In this document: positions 1 to 9,675 of the stretch, piece after piece
How positions within the stretch are numbered: the stretch's first letter is position 1
Layout: every line of letters begins with the position of its first letter
Assembly: GCA_002352425.1 (NCBI GenBank)
Contig: DEIK01000074.1
Location: 7,346-71,345 of the forward strand
Origin: Rhodobacteraceae bacterium UBA2776
GTDB taxonomy: Bacteria; Pseudomonadota; Alphaproteobacteria; Rhodobacterales; Rhodobacteraceae
DNA length: 64,000 nucleotides
Reading direction: 5' to 3'
The notes under the pieces: generated by a model
What the model saw: only the letters and a program-made list of their open reading frames with translations
Told to the model about the DNA's origin: nothing
Databases searched by the model: none
Made by a program: the position numbers and the translations under genes

Positions 1-357
1 CAGGAACGGCTGGATCGCGTTTAAGTCACCGCGCTCGAACCCCATCAGGATCATTTCGTAAGCGCCGCGCGCACCCTGCAAAAACTCGCCCACGCCAAAA
101 CTTGGCTCGGCGGCTTTCATCGCTGCCAATGCTTTGGCGGCAGGGCTGCCCTCTTTGACATGGTCCGTGATATCACGATCTGGCCCGCCTTCAATCACCT
201 CAAAAGCTTGGCGTTTTTCCGAGGCCTTGTCAGGTTGCGGTGCTGACGAGGGCGGTTTTTCAAAACCTTCACGGGTGCCCAATACGCTTTTCAGCTTTAG
301 GATCAGAAAGACTGCGATGCCTGCCAAAACAAGCAGCTGGATCATTGGGGTGTTCAT
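1..357 (-). CDS. Tim44/TimA family adaptor protein (5' part; runs off window start)
   Basis: Not in ORF track; manual minus-strand translation from ATG at 357 gives MNTPMIQLLVLAGIAVFLILKLKSVLGTREGFEKP..., the typical TimA N-terminal anchor; divergent from fxsA-secB as in other alphaproteobacteria. Confidence 0.8.
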   Translation of the reverse strand, partial: MNTPMIQLLVLAGIAVFLILKLKSVLGTREGFEKPPSSAPQPDKASEKRQAFEVIEGGPDRDITDHVKEGSPAAKALAAMKAAEPSFGVGEFLQGARGAYEMILMGFERGDLNAIQPFL

Positions 358-466
358 CAAAACCTCATTTCAAAGACTAAATCATGGTAACAGTGGTCGT
401 TCGCACATATGTAAGGGCTGGACATAAGCAAGTCCACCATACGCATAACGTCTATATGAGGGTTCT

Positions 467-946
467 ATGTGGTTATTTCTACTGTTTGTCGCGGTTCCAC
501 TGATCGAAATCGCGCTTTTCATCGAAGTCGGGGGCTTTTTGGGTCTGCCGACCACACTTGCGATCGTGATAGTGACCGCATTTTTGGGCACATGGTTGGT
601 CCGCGCCCAAGGGGCCGCCGCCTTGAACCAAGTGCGCGGATCGTTTTCCAATATGCAAGACCCGTCCGAGCCACTGGCGAACGGCGCGATGATCTTGTTT
701 GCGGGCGCCTTGCTGCTGACACCAGGGTTTTTCACGGACGCTGTTGGGTTTTTACTTCTGTTCCCACCGTTTCGCGCGGCTGCTTTTAGATACGTCAAAA
801 GCCGCGTCACCGTGCAGACGTTTTCAACCGGTACACCACCGCATCAGCGTCAAAGCCCGCCTGAAAATGTGATTGACGGCGAATATACCGAAGTTTCACC
901 CGATAAACCGCCCTCAAAGGGCAACTCTGGCTGGACCAAGGATTGA
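467..946 (+). CDS. fxsA: FxsA family membrane protein
   Basis: PLIEIALFIEVG, GALLLTPGFFTD motifs; upstream of secB. Confidence 0.9.
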   Translation: MWLFLLFVAVPLIEIALFIEVGGFLGLPTTLAIVIVTAFLGTWLVRAQGAAALNQVRGSFSNMQDPSEPLANGAMILFAGALLLTPGFFTDAVGFLLLFPPFRAAAFRYVKSRVTVQTFSTGTPPHQRQSPPENVIDGEYTEVSPDKPPSKGNSGWTKD

Positions 947-1003
947 GGCCCGTGACGGGACCTGCTAACGATTGCGCAAATTAATTCCTTCAGGAGAACG
1001 ACT

Positions 1004-1492
1004 ATGGCCGAAAACGGTGCCGAAGCCCCACAAATCAAGATGCAAGTTCTTGCACAGTTCATCAAAGATCTGTCGTTTGAAAACGCTGTTGCCCAAAAAG
1101 GTATTTCTGGCGACGTTCAGCCGGACATTCAGGTGCAGGTCAATCTAGACGCTAAAAAGCGCCCGGATGATCACCAGTTTGAGGTTGTGACCAAGTTCAA
1201 CATCACCTCAAAAAACAAAGGTGGCGATGAGCCATTGTTTCTGCTTGAGTTGGAATATGGCGGAATTTTCCACGTTGAAAACGTACCAGAAGACCAGCTG
1301 CACCCGTTTTTGCTGATCGAATGCCCACGGATGCTGTTTCCTTACGTGCGGCGCATCGTTGGTGATGTGACCCGTGATGGTGGCTTCCCGCCGCTGAACC
1401 TGGAAACTATTGATTTCCTTGCGCTATATCGCTCTGAATTGGCGCGCCGCGCCGAGTCAGAAGGCGAAGCTGCAAAGCCAGCCGACGCCTAA
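1004..1492 (+). CDS. secB: Protein-export chaperone SecB
   Basis: QFIKDLSFEN, CPRMLFPYVR, GGFPPLNL motifs. Confidence 0.97.
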   Translation: MAENGAEAPQIKMQVLAQFIKDLSFENAVAQKGISGDVQPDIQVQVNLDAKKRPDDHQFEVVTKFNITSKNKGGDEPLFLLELEYGGIFHVENVPEDQLHPFLLIECPRMLFPYVRRIVGDVTRDGGFPPLNLETIDFLALYRSELARRAESEGEAAKPADA

Positions 1493-1499
1493 ACGCTGG

Positions 1500-2183
1500 C
1501 TATTTTGACCAAATCGAGCCGTCGCCCATGTCCTTAACAAAGGTCTCGTGGGCGGCGGCTTCTTCGTTTGTAAGTTTTGATGCAAGCGGTGTGGGCCGTG
1601 GGCGCGGACGCCATGCATCACCAGTTCCCACGTCCTGTGATGACGCCTCGGCCGCCAAAGCAAATCCAGATTGGCGACCGCCCAGCAGTTCCAGATAAAC
1701 CTCGGCCAAAATTTCGGAATCGAGCAACGCGCCGTGCAATGTCCGCGAGGAATTGTCGATGCCAAAGCGGCGGCACAACCCGTCGAGCGACGCATTCGCA
1801 CCTGGGAATTTTTTACGGGCAATGGCCAATGTATCCAAGGCTTGGCTCATAGGCAGTTCAGGGCGGCCTACTTTTTGCAATTCAAAGTTCAGGAATTTCA
1901 TATCGAATGAAGCGTTATGAATGACCATTATTGAGTCACCGACAAAATCGACGAACGCCTGTGCAATGTCCTTGAACAGTGGTTTGTCAGCAAGAAATTC
2001 ATCACCCAATCCGTGGACTTCAAACGCTGATTTGGGCATAGCGCGTTGCGGGCAGATATATTGGTGATAGGTCTTGCCCGTTGGCATGTGGTTCAGCAAT
2101 TCAACCGCGCCGATTTCAACAATGCGGTCGCCTTGGCTAGGCTCGAACCCAGTGGTTTCTGTATCCAATACGATTTCACGCAT
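1500..2183 (-). CDS. dnaQ: DNA polymerase III epsilon subunit
   Basis: LDTETTG ExoI, HNASFD, HGALLDSEIL ExoIII motifs. Confidence 0.97.
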   Translation of the reverse strand: MREIVLDTETTGFEPSQGDRIVEIGAVELLNHMPTGKTYHQYICPQRAMPKSAFEVHGLGDEFLADKPLFKDIAQAFVDFVGDSIMVIHNASFDMKFLNFELQKVGRPELPMSQALDTLAIARKKFPGANASLDGLCRRFGIDNSSRTLHGALLDSEILAEVYLELLGGRQSGFALAAEASSQDVGTGDAWRPRPRPTPLASKLTNEEAAAHETFVKDMGDGSIWSK

Positions 2184-2775
2184 CTATTTGCCCTTTGATT
2201 TGCGCCAGAACCATCTGTACTTGAGATTTTGCATCCTCAAGGGTGGTTGTTTCAATCACATAATCGGCACGCTGGCGTTTTTGCGCGTCCGGCAGTTGTT
2301 TGGAAAGGATGATTTCGAACTGCGCTGGTGTCATCGCGGCACGTTCCAGAACCCGGGTGCGTTGAATTTCAGCAGGGGCAGTGACAACGACCACGGCATC
2401 CATCTGGTGATCTGATCCGGTTTCAAACAAAAGCGGTATGTCCAGCAGAACGATGTCCGATTGTGCATCTGCGATAAAAGCGGCCCGATCAGCGGCCACC
2501 AAAGGGTGTACGATCTGCTCGATTTGACCAAGCGCGGTGGCGTTGTCAGCAATCCATGCTTTCAGCACATCACGGCTAACTGCACCATCAACCACGGCAT
2601 CCGGATACAATGCTTGCAAAGGCGCAACCGCCGCGCCACCAACACCATAAAGACGATGAACAGCGTTATCCGCATCCCAAACCGGCAGGCCAAGATCAGC
2701 AAACATTTGGGCGGTTGTGGATTTTCCCATCCCGATAGAACCCGTCAATCCGATAAGAAAAGGCTGTTTTTTCAT
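2176..2775 (-). CDS. coaE: Dephospho-CoA kinase
   Basis: GLTGSIGMGKST P-loop, DIPLLFE motif. Confidence 0.97.
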   Translation of the reverse strand: MKKQPFLIGLTGSIGMGKSTTAQMFADLGLPVWDADNAVHRLYGVGGAAVAPLQALYPDAVVDGAVSRDVLKAWIADNATALGQIEQIVHPLVAADRAAFIADAQSDIVLLDIPLLFETGSDHQMDAVVVVTAPAEIQRTRVLERAAMTPAQFEIILSKQLPDAQKRQRADYVIETTTLEDAKSQVQMVLAQIKGQIDA

Positions 2776-3620
2776 GCGGATAGGACTGCGTTACGCAGGG
2801 CATCATCCACCACGGGGCGAGTGCCGAACCAGCGTTCGAATGCGGGCACGGCTTGATAAAGTAGCATACCCAAGCCATCGACGGTCGTGCAGCCGATTTC
2901 ACGGGCTTTCATCAAAAAGGGTGTGTCGAGCGGGGTGTAAACCAGATCAGAGACTGTGGCATTGGGTGATAGGCCATCCAACGGGATGCGAAATTCAGGC
3001 TTGCCAACCATACCTAGGGATGTGGTGTTCACCACGGTTGTGGCCCCATCCATCATGTTGCCGGCTTTGACCCAGTCATAGACCTTAACTTTGGCGCCAA
3101 ATTCAGTATGTAGAACGTCAGCGCGGTTGCGTGATCTATTGGACAGGCGGATTTCCGGCACACCGACCTCGATCAATGAGGCGATCACGGCCCGCGATGC
3201 GCCCCCTGCCCCGAACACAACGGCGGGACCGGATTTTGGCTGCCAGTTCGGCGCCCCGTGACGCAAGTTTTCAATGAAACCGTAACCATCTGTGTTGTCC
3301 GCGTGAATGATGCCATCTTTGCGGAAAATCAATGTATTGGCCGCGCCAATCAACGCTGCGCGATCTGTAACAAGATCCGCAAGTTCCAGCACTGCTTCTT
3401 TATGCGGGATCGTGATGTTGACGCCGACAAAGCCCATTTGTGGCAAGGTGCGGATCACATCGGGCAGGTTTTCGGCACTGACATCCATCGGTACGTAAAA
3501 ACCCTTGAGGTCGTTCGTTTGTAGCCAATGGCGATGCAAGGCCGGTGATCTGCTGTGCGCAATGGGGGAACCGATAACACCCGCCAACGGGATTTTATGT
3601 GGTGTTTGTTGTTCGGTCAT
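2772..3620 (-). CDS. aroE: Shikimate dehydrogenase
   Basis: HSRSP, NITIPHK, NTDGYG, GAGGA, DGLGMLLYQA motifs. Confidence 0.96.
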   Translation of the reverse strand: MTEQQTPHKIPLAGVIGSPIAHSRSPALHRHWLQTNDLKGFYVPMDVSAENLPDVIRTLPQMGFVGVNITIPHKEAVLELADLVTDRAALIGAANTLIFRKDGIIHADNTDGYGFIENLRHGAPNWQPKSGPAVVFGAGGASRAVIASLIEVGVPEIRLSNRSRNRADVLHTEFGAKVKVYDWVKAGNMMDGATTVVNTTSLGMVGKPEFRIPLDGLSPNATVSDLVYTPLDTPFLMKAREIGCTTVDGLGMLLYQAVPAFERWFGTRPVVDDALRNAVLSA

Positions 3621-4216
3621 GAATCCAAAAGTCCGCGCTTTGACAAATATGTTAACATCTCTAGCAGAGGAAGGCCCAGAACCACAAAGTAATCTCCGCT
3701 AATCCGTGAAAACAGCCGCGCGCCTTCTTCTTCTAACTTGTAGGCTCCGACGGAATGACGAATGCTTTCCCAGTTTCGGTTGACATAGGATTTCAGGTAA
3801 GTATCTGAAAATTCGTGCATTTCCAGTTGTGATTTACCGATGTGACGCCAAATTGGCTGCCCATTCTCATAGATCACTGCGGCCGAGTATAGAGTGTGCT
3901 GTTTGCCCCGCATGGCCTGCAATTGGGCTTGGGCTTGATCCTTTGACTTAGGTTTGGACAGGACCTTGCCGTCAAAATCCAAGGTTTGATCGCACCCGAT
4001 CACCAGAGAATCAGAGTGTTTCATAGCCACCTTTTTGGCTTTGAACTCAGCCAAGGCATCGGCAATATCGCGGGGCGTTGCCAAGTCAGCTTCGAGCGAT
4101 TGGCGAATGGCGTCTTCATCGATTTTTGCGACGGTGATATCGAATTCCACACCGGCATTTTGTAATAGCTCCTGACGAGTTTTTGAGCCTGAGGCCAAAA
4201 TGATGCGGTTGGTCAT
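3617..4216 (-). CDS. maf: Maf family nucleoside triphosphate pyrophosphatase
   Basis: IILASGSKTR, IGCDQ motifs; start moved to ATG 4216 because the 80-codon upstream extension of the ORF lies in the putative origin. Confidence 0.92.
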   Translation of the reverse strand: MTNRIILASGSKTRQELLQNAGVEFDITVAKIDEDAIRQSLEADLATPRDIADALAEFKAKKVAMKHSDSLVIGCDQTLDFDGKVLSKPKSKDQAQAQLQAMRGKQHTLYSAAVIYENGQPIWRHIGKSQLEMHEFSDTYLKSYVNRNWESIRHSVGAYKLEEEGARLFSRISGDYFVVLGLPLLEMLTYLSKRGLLDS

Positions 4217-4402
4217 GCGCGTATTCCTGTGGACAAATGGGCTGATTAAAGGTGGGCGAAGCCACGGATAACCGCCGATCTGCGCGTGGCGTGGATAAGT
4301 TAGGTTGTTATCAACGTATTCAGCACAGTTACCCACGGTGGAAAAGGATAATTTTTGGATGTGGGTAATTTTGCAATCTGTCGTTTGCACACAATAGCAA
4401 AG

Positions 4403-4431
4403 TTTTCTATCAGGCGCATTTTGATAGAAAA
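4403..4431. repeat. Perfect 10-bp inverted repeat TTTTCTATCA-N9-TGATAGAAAA
   Basis: Read directly: arms 4403-4412 and 4422-4431. Confidence 0.9.
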
Positions 4432-4551
4432 TGCTAAGATTCAGAAGATTGCCCACCGTTTTATCAACAGGTTTTCCAACTTGGGATAAAGTCGGGGAAA
4501 AAATTTAATCCCCAGAAAAGACGCTGACTACTTAATCATCATCTTTTCTTT

Positions 4552-4564
4552 TATATATATATAT
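4552..4564. repeat. (TA)6T dinucleotide run within AT-rich element
   Basis: TATATATATATAT read directly. Confidence 0.9.
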
Positions 4565-4599
4565 TATTAGAAAGGGGGACCGAGATGTGAGGAAAACCC

Positions 4600-5061
4600 A
4601 TGTGGGACGCGATTACAGATTTATTGTCCAATTATTACCTTTTGATTAAATCGTTACATATTATTTCGGTGATCAGCTGGATGGCCGGTATTTTTTACCT
4701 TCCTCGTTTGTTTGTCCATCACACAGAATCCGTGGAATTGGGATCAGACGCGGACAAGCTGTTTCAAATGATGGAACGCAAGTTACTGAAGGTGATTATG
4801 ACCCCGGCGATGGTTGCGACTTGGATCTTTGGAATTTTTATGGTGTTAATCCCGGGGGTCGTGGATTGGTCTTATGTCTGGCCATGGACCAAGGCACTGT
4901 CGGTTATTTTGATGACATGGTTTCATTATTGGTTGGCAGCGCGTCATGTTGAGATCGTGGCCGGAAAAAATATCCGCAGTGGCAAACAATACCGCGTTAT
5001 GAACGAAGTTCCGACAGTTTTGATGTTTATCATCGTGTTTTCCGTCGTGTTGAAGTTCTAG
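4600..5061 (+). CDS. hemJ: Protoporphyrinogen oxidase HemJ (CopD/TIGR00701 family)
   Basis: KSLHIISVISWMAGIFYLPRLFVHH, MERKL, NEVPT motifs. Confidence 0.93.
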   Translation: MWDAITDLLSNYYLLIKSLHIISVISWMAGIFYLPRLFVHHTESVELGSDADKLFQMMERKLLKVIMTPAMVATWIFGIFMVLIPGVVDWSYVWPWTKALSVILMTWFHYWLAARHVEIVAGKNIRSGKQYRVMNEVPTVLMFIIVFSVVLKF

Positions 5062-5066
5062 GAAAT

Positions 5067-5095
5067 CTTGACTCCTATAGCGTGCATCCCTATTT
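5067..5095 (+). promoter_or_regulatory. Sigma70-type promoter for rho
   Basis: CTTGAC-N17-CTATTT against the alphaproteobacterial RpoD consensus CTTGAC-N17-CTATAT. Confidence 0.65.
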
Positions 5096-5181
5096 AGCGC
5101 GTAATCCCGCCGTCCGGTGGGTGGTTTTTCACATTGTAAACTATGATAGTACACCCATTGGTGTGCCAAGGATCTGTATTC

Positions 5182-6468
5182 ATGACCGACGAAACTCTCG
5201 TTCAAGAAACCCTCGCGCTGGCTGATCTTAAAGTCAAAACACCAAAAGACTTGCTGGAATATGCTGAAGAGCTGGAAATCGAAAACGCATCGACCATGCG
5301 CAAGGGCGAGATTATGTTCTCGGTTTTGAAGGAGCGGGCCGAAGATGGTTGGGAAATTTCCGGTGATGGTGTGCTTGAAGTGCTTCAGGACGGGTTTGGA
5401 TTTTTGCGCTCGACTGAAGCGAACTACCTGCCAGGACCTGATGATATCTATGTTTCGCCAGAAATGATCCGTGCATTATCGTTGCGCACAGGTGACACCA
5501 TTTCCGGTGTGATCCGTGCACCTGATGACAATGAGCGTTATTTTGCGATGACAAAAATCACGCAGATCAATTTTGAAGAGCCTGAGAAAAACAAGCACAA
5601 GATCAATTTTGATAATCTGACGCCGTTGTATCCTGATGAGCGATTTAATCTGGAAATTAAAGATCCGACCCATAAAGATAAATCTGCGCGTATCATTGAT
5701 TTGGTTGCGCCGATTGGGAAAGGTCAGCGTTGCTTGATCGTGGCGCCACCGCGCACGGGTAAAACGGTGTTGTTGCAAAACATCGCTACGTCGATCGCGG
5801 CCAACCACCCTGAATGCTATTTGATTGTTTTGCTAATTGACGAGCGTCCAGAAGAGGTGACCGACATGCAGCGCAGCGTTAAGGGCGAAGTTGTGTCCTC
5901 AACATTTGATGAACCTGCGTCGCGCCACGTTGCAGTTGCCGAAATGGTTATCGAAAAAGCCAAACGTCTGGTCGAACATAAGCGCGACGTTGTGATCCTG
6001 CTGGATTCTATCACACGTTTGGGTCGGGCCTTTAACACGGTTGTACCATCCTCGGGCAAGGTCCTGACAGGCGGTGTGGACGCAAACGCCCTACAGCGCC
6101 CTAAACGCTTTTTCGGCGCTGCACGGAACATCGAGGAAGGTGGTTCACTTAGTATCATTTCAACGGCCTTGATTGATACAGGTAGCCGCATGGACGAAGT
6201 AATCTTTGAAGAGTTCAAAGGCACCGGCAACTCCGAGATTGTTTTGGATCGTAAGGTGGCAGATAAGCGCGTCTTCCCGGCGATGGATATTTTGAAATCC
6301 GGCACGCGTAAGGAAGAACTGTTGGTCGATGCAAAAGACTTGCAGAAAACCTATGTGTTACGCCGTATTTTGAACCCGATGGGAACCACAGATGCCATCG
6401 AATTCCTGATGTCCAAATTGAAGCAAACCAAATCGAACGAAGAGTTCTTTGATTCAATGAACACGTAA
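5182..6468 (+). CDS. rho: Transcription termination factor Rho
   Basis: [31 protein letters not shown] motifs; start set at ATG 5182 (MTDETL). Confidence 0.98.
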   Translation: MTDETLVQETLALADLKVKTPKDLLEYAEELEIENASTMRKGEIMFSVLKERAEDGWEISGDGVLEVLQDGFGFLRSTEANYLPGPDDIYVSPEMIRALSLRTGDTISGVIRAPDDNERYFAMTKITQINFEEPEKNKHKINFDNLTPLYPDERFNLEIKDPTHKDKSARIIDLVAPIGKGQRCLIVAPPRTGKTVLLQNIATSIAANHPECYLIVLLIDERPEEVTDMQRSVKGEVVSSTFDEPASRHVAVAEMVIEKAKRLVEHKRDVVILLDSITRLGRAFNTVVPSSGKVLTGGVDANALQRPKRFFGAARNIEEGGSLSIISTALIDTGSRMDEVIFEEFKGTGNSEIVLDRKVADKRVFPAMDILKSGTRKEELLVDAKDLQKTYVLRRILNPMGTTDAIEFLMSKLKQTKSNEEFFDSMNT

Positions 6469-6501
6469 CTTATTGTTTAGTTACAATTGGTTAGATGAAA
6501 T

Positions 6502-7791
6502 ATGAGCACAATATTTGCCTTAGCGACGGCGCTTGGAAAATCAGGCGTGGCCGTCATTCGGTTGTCGGGGCCAATGGCCTTTTCGGCAGCCAAAAGGCTT
6601 GCTGGCACATTACCTAAGTATCGAGTTTCTGGCCTGCGCTCACTACATGATCTGGACGGTGTTTTGTTGGATCAAGCGTTGGTTTTGACGTTTGAACACG
6701 GGCACAGTTTTACCGGTGAAGACGTGGTCGAATTGCACCTGCACGGTGGTCCAGCGACGATTAAGGCTGTGCTGGAAACGCTTGGGAATATTGATGGTTT
6801 ACGGCTTGCTGAACCTGGCGAGTTTACGCGGCGCGCTCTTGAAAATGGATGTCTGGACTTGGCTCAGATTGAAGGGCTGAGTGACCTGCTCGAGTCCGAA
6901 ACAGAGGCTCAGCGCAAGCAGGCGTTACGGGTGTTTTCTGGTGCTTTGGGCGACAAGGCCGAGGCGTGGCGCAAAGATTTGATTCGTGCTGCTGCGCTTT
7001 TGGGGGCGACTATTGATTTTGTTGACGAAGACGTACCGGTTGATGTGACCCCCGAGGTGAACACATTGCTTGACGGGGTGATGTCTGCATTGGCGGTTGA
7101 GGCTGTTGGTGCTCGTATTTCGGAGCGCATCCGTGAAGGATTTGAGGTTGCTATTGTTGGCGCGCCCAACGTTGGCAAGTCGTCTCTGCTGAACCGGCTG
7201 GCAGGGCGGGATGCGGCGATCACGTCCGAGGTCGCTGGTACCACACGGGATGTCATAGAGGTGCGGATGGACCTGAACGGGTTGCCAGTGACTATTTTGG
7301 ACACCGCCGGCTTACGCGACACCGATGATATGGTTGAAGAGATTGGTATAGAACGGGCGATTTCACGGGCTAAACTCGCTGACTTGCGCGTCTTTCTTTA
7401 TGATCAAGAGCCGCTAGACCTTCCACTTGAGCCCGAGCAAAACGATATTGTTGTGCGCAGCAAGGCAGATATCTATGACGGGGATGCGTTTTCGGTGTCT
7501 GGTTTGACGGGTGTAGGCGTTGATTCTTTAACATCGCGGATATCCTCGGTGGTTGAAAACAAAGCACAGGGTGCTGGGGTTGCTATCCGCGAGCGTCACC
7601 GGTTGGCAATTTTAAGCGCTATAAGGGCTTTGGAAACCGCCAAAACTGAATTAGGGTACGGAATCGAACGCTCTGAGTTGGCGGCGGAGGAGCTGCATAC
7701 AGCCATCCGAGCCCTTGATAGTTTGGTCGGGCGTGTAGATGTAGAGCATATTCTGGATGAGATTTTCTCCAGCTTTTGTTTGGGAAAGTAA
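6502..7791 (+). CDS. mnmE: tRNA modification GTPase MnmE (TrmE)
   Basis: [36 protein letters not shown]-terminal FCLGK. Confidence 0.97.
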   Translation: MSTIFALATALGKSGVAVIRLSGPMAFSAAKRLAGTLPKYRVSGLRSLHDLDGVLLDQALVLTFEHGHSFTGEDVVELHLHGGPATIKAVLETLGNIDGLRLAEPGEFTRRALENGCLDLAQIEGLSDLLESETEAQRKQALRVFSGALGDKAEAWRKDLIRAAALLGATIDFVDEDVPVDVTPEVNTLLDGVMSALAVEAVGARISERIREGFEVAIVGAPNVGKSSLLNRLAGRDAAITSEVAGTTRDVIEVRMDLNGLPVTILDTAGLRDTDDMVEEIGIERAISRAKLADLRVFLYDQEPLDLPLEPEQNDIVVRSKADIYDGDAFSVSGLTGVGVDSLTSRISSVVENKAQGAGVAIRERHRLAILSAIRALETAKTELGYGIERSELAAEELHTAIRALDSLVGRVDVEHILDEIFSSFCLGK

Positions 7792-7795
7792 GGAT

Positions 7796-7811
7796 TGTTT
7801 CACGTGAAACA
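7796..7811. promoter_or_regulatory. parS centromere-like site 1
   Basis: Perfect palindrome TGTTTCACGTGAAACA. Confidence 0.93.
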
Positions 7812-9675
7812 TCAAAATTTTTTTGACGTTGTTGTTGTCGGCGGTGGTCATGCCGGCACTGAGGCTGCTCATGCTTCGGCCCGTATGGGCGCGAAAACGG
7901 CTTTGATCACCCTAACGAAATCCGGCATTGGTGTTATGTCCTGCAACCCAGCGATTGGCGGGTTGGGCAAAGGCCACCTTGTACGTGAAATTGACGCGTT
8001 GGATGGCGTTATGGGCCGCGTTGCTGATGTTGCAGGCATCCAGTTCCGATTGTTAAACCGTCGGAAAGGGCCTGCTGTGCAAGGACCACGCGCGCAGGCA
8101 GATCGAAAAATCTATCGCACGGCTATGCAAAATGAGATTTCCATTTGCGAAAATCTGACGGTGATTGAAGGAGAAGTCACTGACCTCATTATGAAAAATG
8201 ACGAGGTTTCTGGCGTTACGCTTGAAGATGGCACTGAAGTATTCTCGCCGTCGGTAGTGCTGACAACCGGCACGTTTTTGCGCGGCGTCATTCATATTGG
8301 TGATGTATCAAAGCCAGGTGGACGAATGGGCGACAAGCCTTCGGTCAAATTGGCCGAACGCCTGGATAGCTTTGATTTGGCGCTTAAACGCTTAAAAACG
8401 GGAACGCCGCCGCGATTAGACGGGCGCACGATCAATTGGGACATTCTTGAGTCCCAGCCCGGTGATGATGAACCGGTGATGTTTTCATTTCTGTCGAAAG
8501 CGCCAACAGCACGGCAGGTTTCTTGCGGAATCACCCACACGAACCAGGCCACACATGACATTATCCGCGAAAACCTAGAGCGTTCAGCGATGTATGGTGG
8601 CCATATTGATGGCGTTGGGCCGCGGTATTGCCCGTCGATCGAAGACAAAATCGTTCGTTTTGCTGATAAAGCTTCGCATCAGGTCTTTTTGGAGCCAGAA
8701 GGGTTGGATGATCATACGATTTACCCCAATGGCATTTCCACTTCGTTGCCAGAAGCTGTTCAGGTTGACTATGTGAACTCGATTGTCGGGCTTGAAAACG
8801 CGAAGATCCTGCAACCTGGTTATGCGATTGAGTATGATTACGTCGATCCGCGTGCTTTGACCGCGACGTTGGAGGTGAAAAACATTGCTGGATTGTTTCT
8901 TGCGGGGCAAATCAATGGAACAACTGGCTATGAAGAAGCCGCCGCCCAGGGGCTTGTGGCTGGTTTGAATGCCGCGCGCCGTGCCACCGATGGTGAGAAA
9001 ATCCAATTTAGCAGAGCGGAATCCTATATTGGTGTAATGATTGACGATCTTGTAACGCGCGGTGTGTCGGAACCATATCGCATGTTCACGTCTCGTGCCG
9101 AGTTCCGTCTGTCTTTGCGCGCGGACAATGCGGATCAACGGCTTACGGCAATTGGGGTTGCGGCGGGCTGTGTGAGCGAGAAAAGACAATTATCGTTTGA
9201 AAACAAAATGGAAGCTATGAGTGTAGCGCTGTCTGCTCTTCAAGGCACGACCCTCACACCAAAGGAAGTTTCCGCTCAAGGCATTAAGATAAACCAAGAC
9301 GGCAAGCGCCGGGATGGTTTTGATCTGTTGTCGTTTCAGGATGTCCATTTCAGTGATATCATCGCGATGCGACCAGAAATGGCCGATGTCGATCTTGAAA
9401 TTCAAAGGCAAATTGAGCGCGATGCGTTGTACGCCAACTATGTTCGCCGGCAACAAAGAGACGTTGAAGCGATGAAGCGGGATGAGTTGCAGAAGATACC
9501 TGAAGCATTTGATTACTCAGTGATCAGCGGGCTTTCGAATGAATTACGGTCGAAATTGCAAACTGTGCGGCCCATGACTCTGGGGCAGGCTGGGCGGATA
9601 GATGGTATGACACCTGCCGCGCTCACGCTGGTTTTGGCCAAGATTAGGCAGCATTCTAGAAAGAAACGTGCTTGA
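7804..9675 (+). CDS. mnmG: tRNA uridine-5-carboxymethylaminomethyl(34) synthesis enzyme MnmG (GidA)
   Basis: [40 protein letters not shown] motifs; GTG 7804 preferred over TTG 7795 because the AAGGA SD lies at 7790-7794. Confidence 0.97.
   Translation: MKHQNFFDVVVVGGGHAGTEAAHASARMGAKTALITLTKSGIGVMSCNPAIGGLGKGHLVREIDALDGVMGRVADVAGIQFRLLNRRKGPAVQGPRAQADRKIYRTAMQNEISICENLTVIEGEVTDLIMKNDEVSGVTLEDGTEVFSPSVVLTTGTFLRGVIHIGDVSKPGGRMGDKPSVKLAERLDSFDLALKRLKTGTPPRLDGRTINWDILESQPGDDEPVMFSFLSKAPTARQVSCGITHTNQATHDIIRENLERSAMYGGHIDGVGPRYCPSIEDKIVRFADKASHQVFLEPEGLDDHTIYPNGISTSLPEAVQVDYVNSIVGLENAKILQPGYAIEYDYVDPRALTATLEVKNIAGLFLAGQINGTTGYEEAAAQGLVAGLNAARRATDGEKIQFSRAESYIGVMIDDLVTRGVSEPYRMFTSRAEFRLSLRADNADQRLTAIGVAAGCVSEKRQLSFENKMEAMSVALSALQGTTLTPKEVSAQGIKINQDGKRRDGFDLLSFQDVHFSDIIAMRPEMADVDLEIQRQIERDALYANYVRRQQRDVEAMKRDELQKIPEAFDYSVISGLSNELRSKLQTVRPMTLGQAGRIDGMTPAALTLVLAKIRQHSRKKRA

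Larger units (their letters stand above)
4217..4599. other. Candidate chromosomal replication origin (oriC)
   Basis: 383-bp AT-rich divergent gap with at least five 1-mismatch DnaA boxes (4228, 4290, 4337, 4360, 4461), several 2-mismatch boxes and an AT-rich element at 4532-4570; flanking operons point away; parS-parAB 3-8 kb away. Confidence 0.8.

Noticed and set aside
4217-4456. 80-codon N-terminal extension of the maf ORF (279 aa in the track)
   Set aside because: No Maf similarity before MTNRIILASGS; it runs through the DnaA-box cluster and is best explained as a chance open frame
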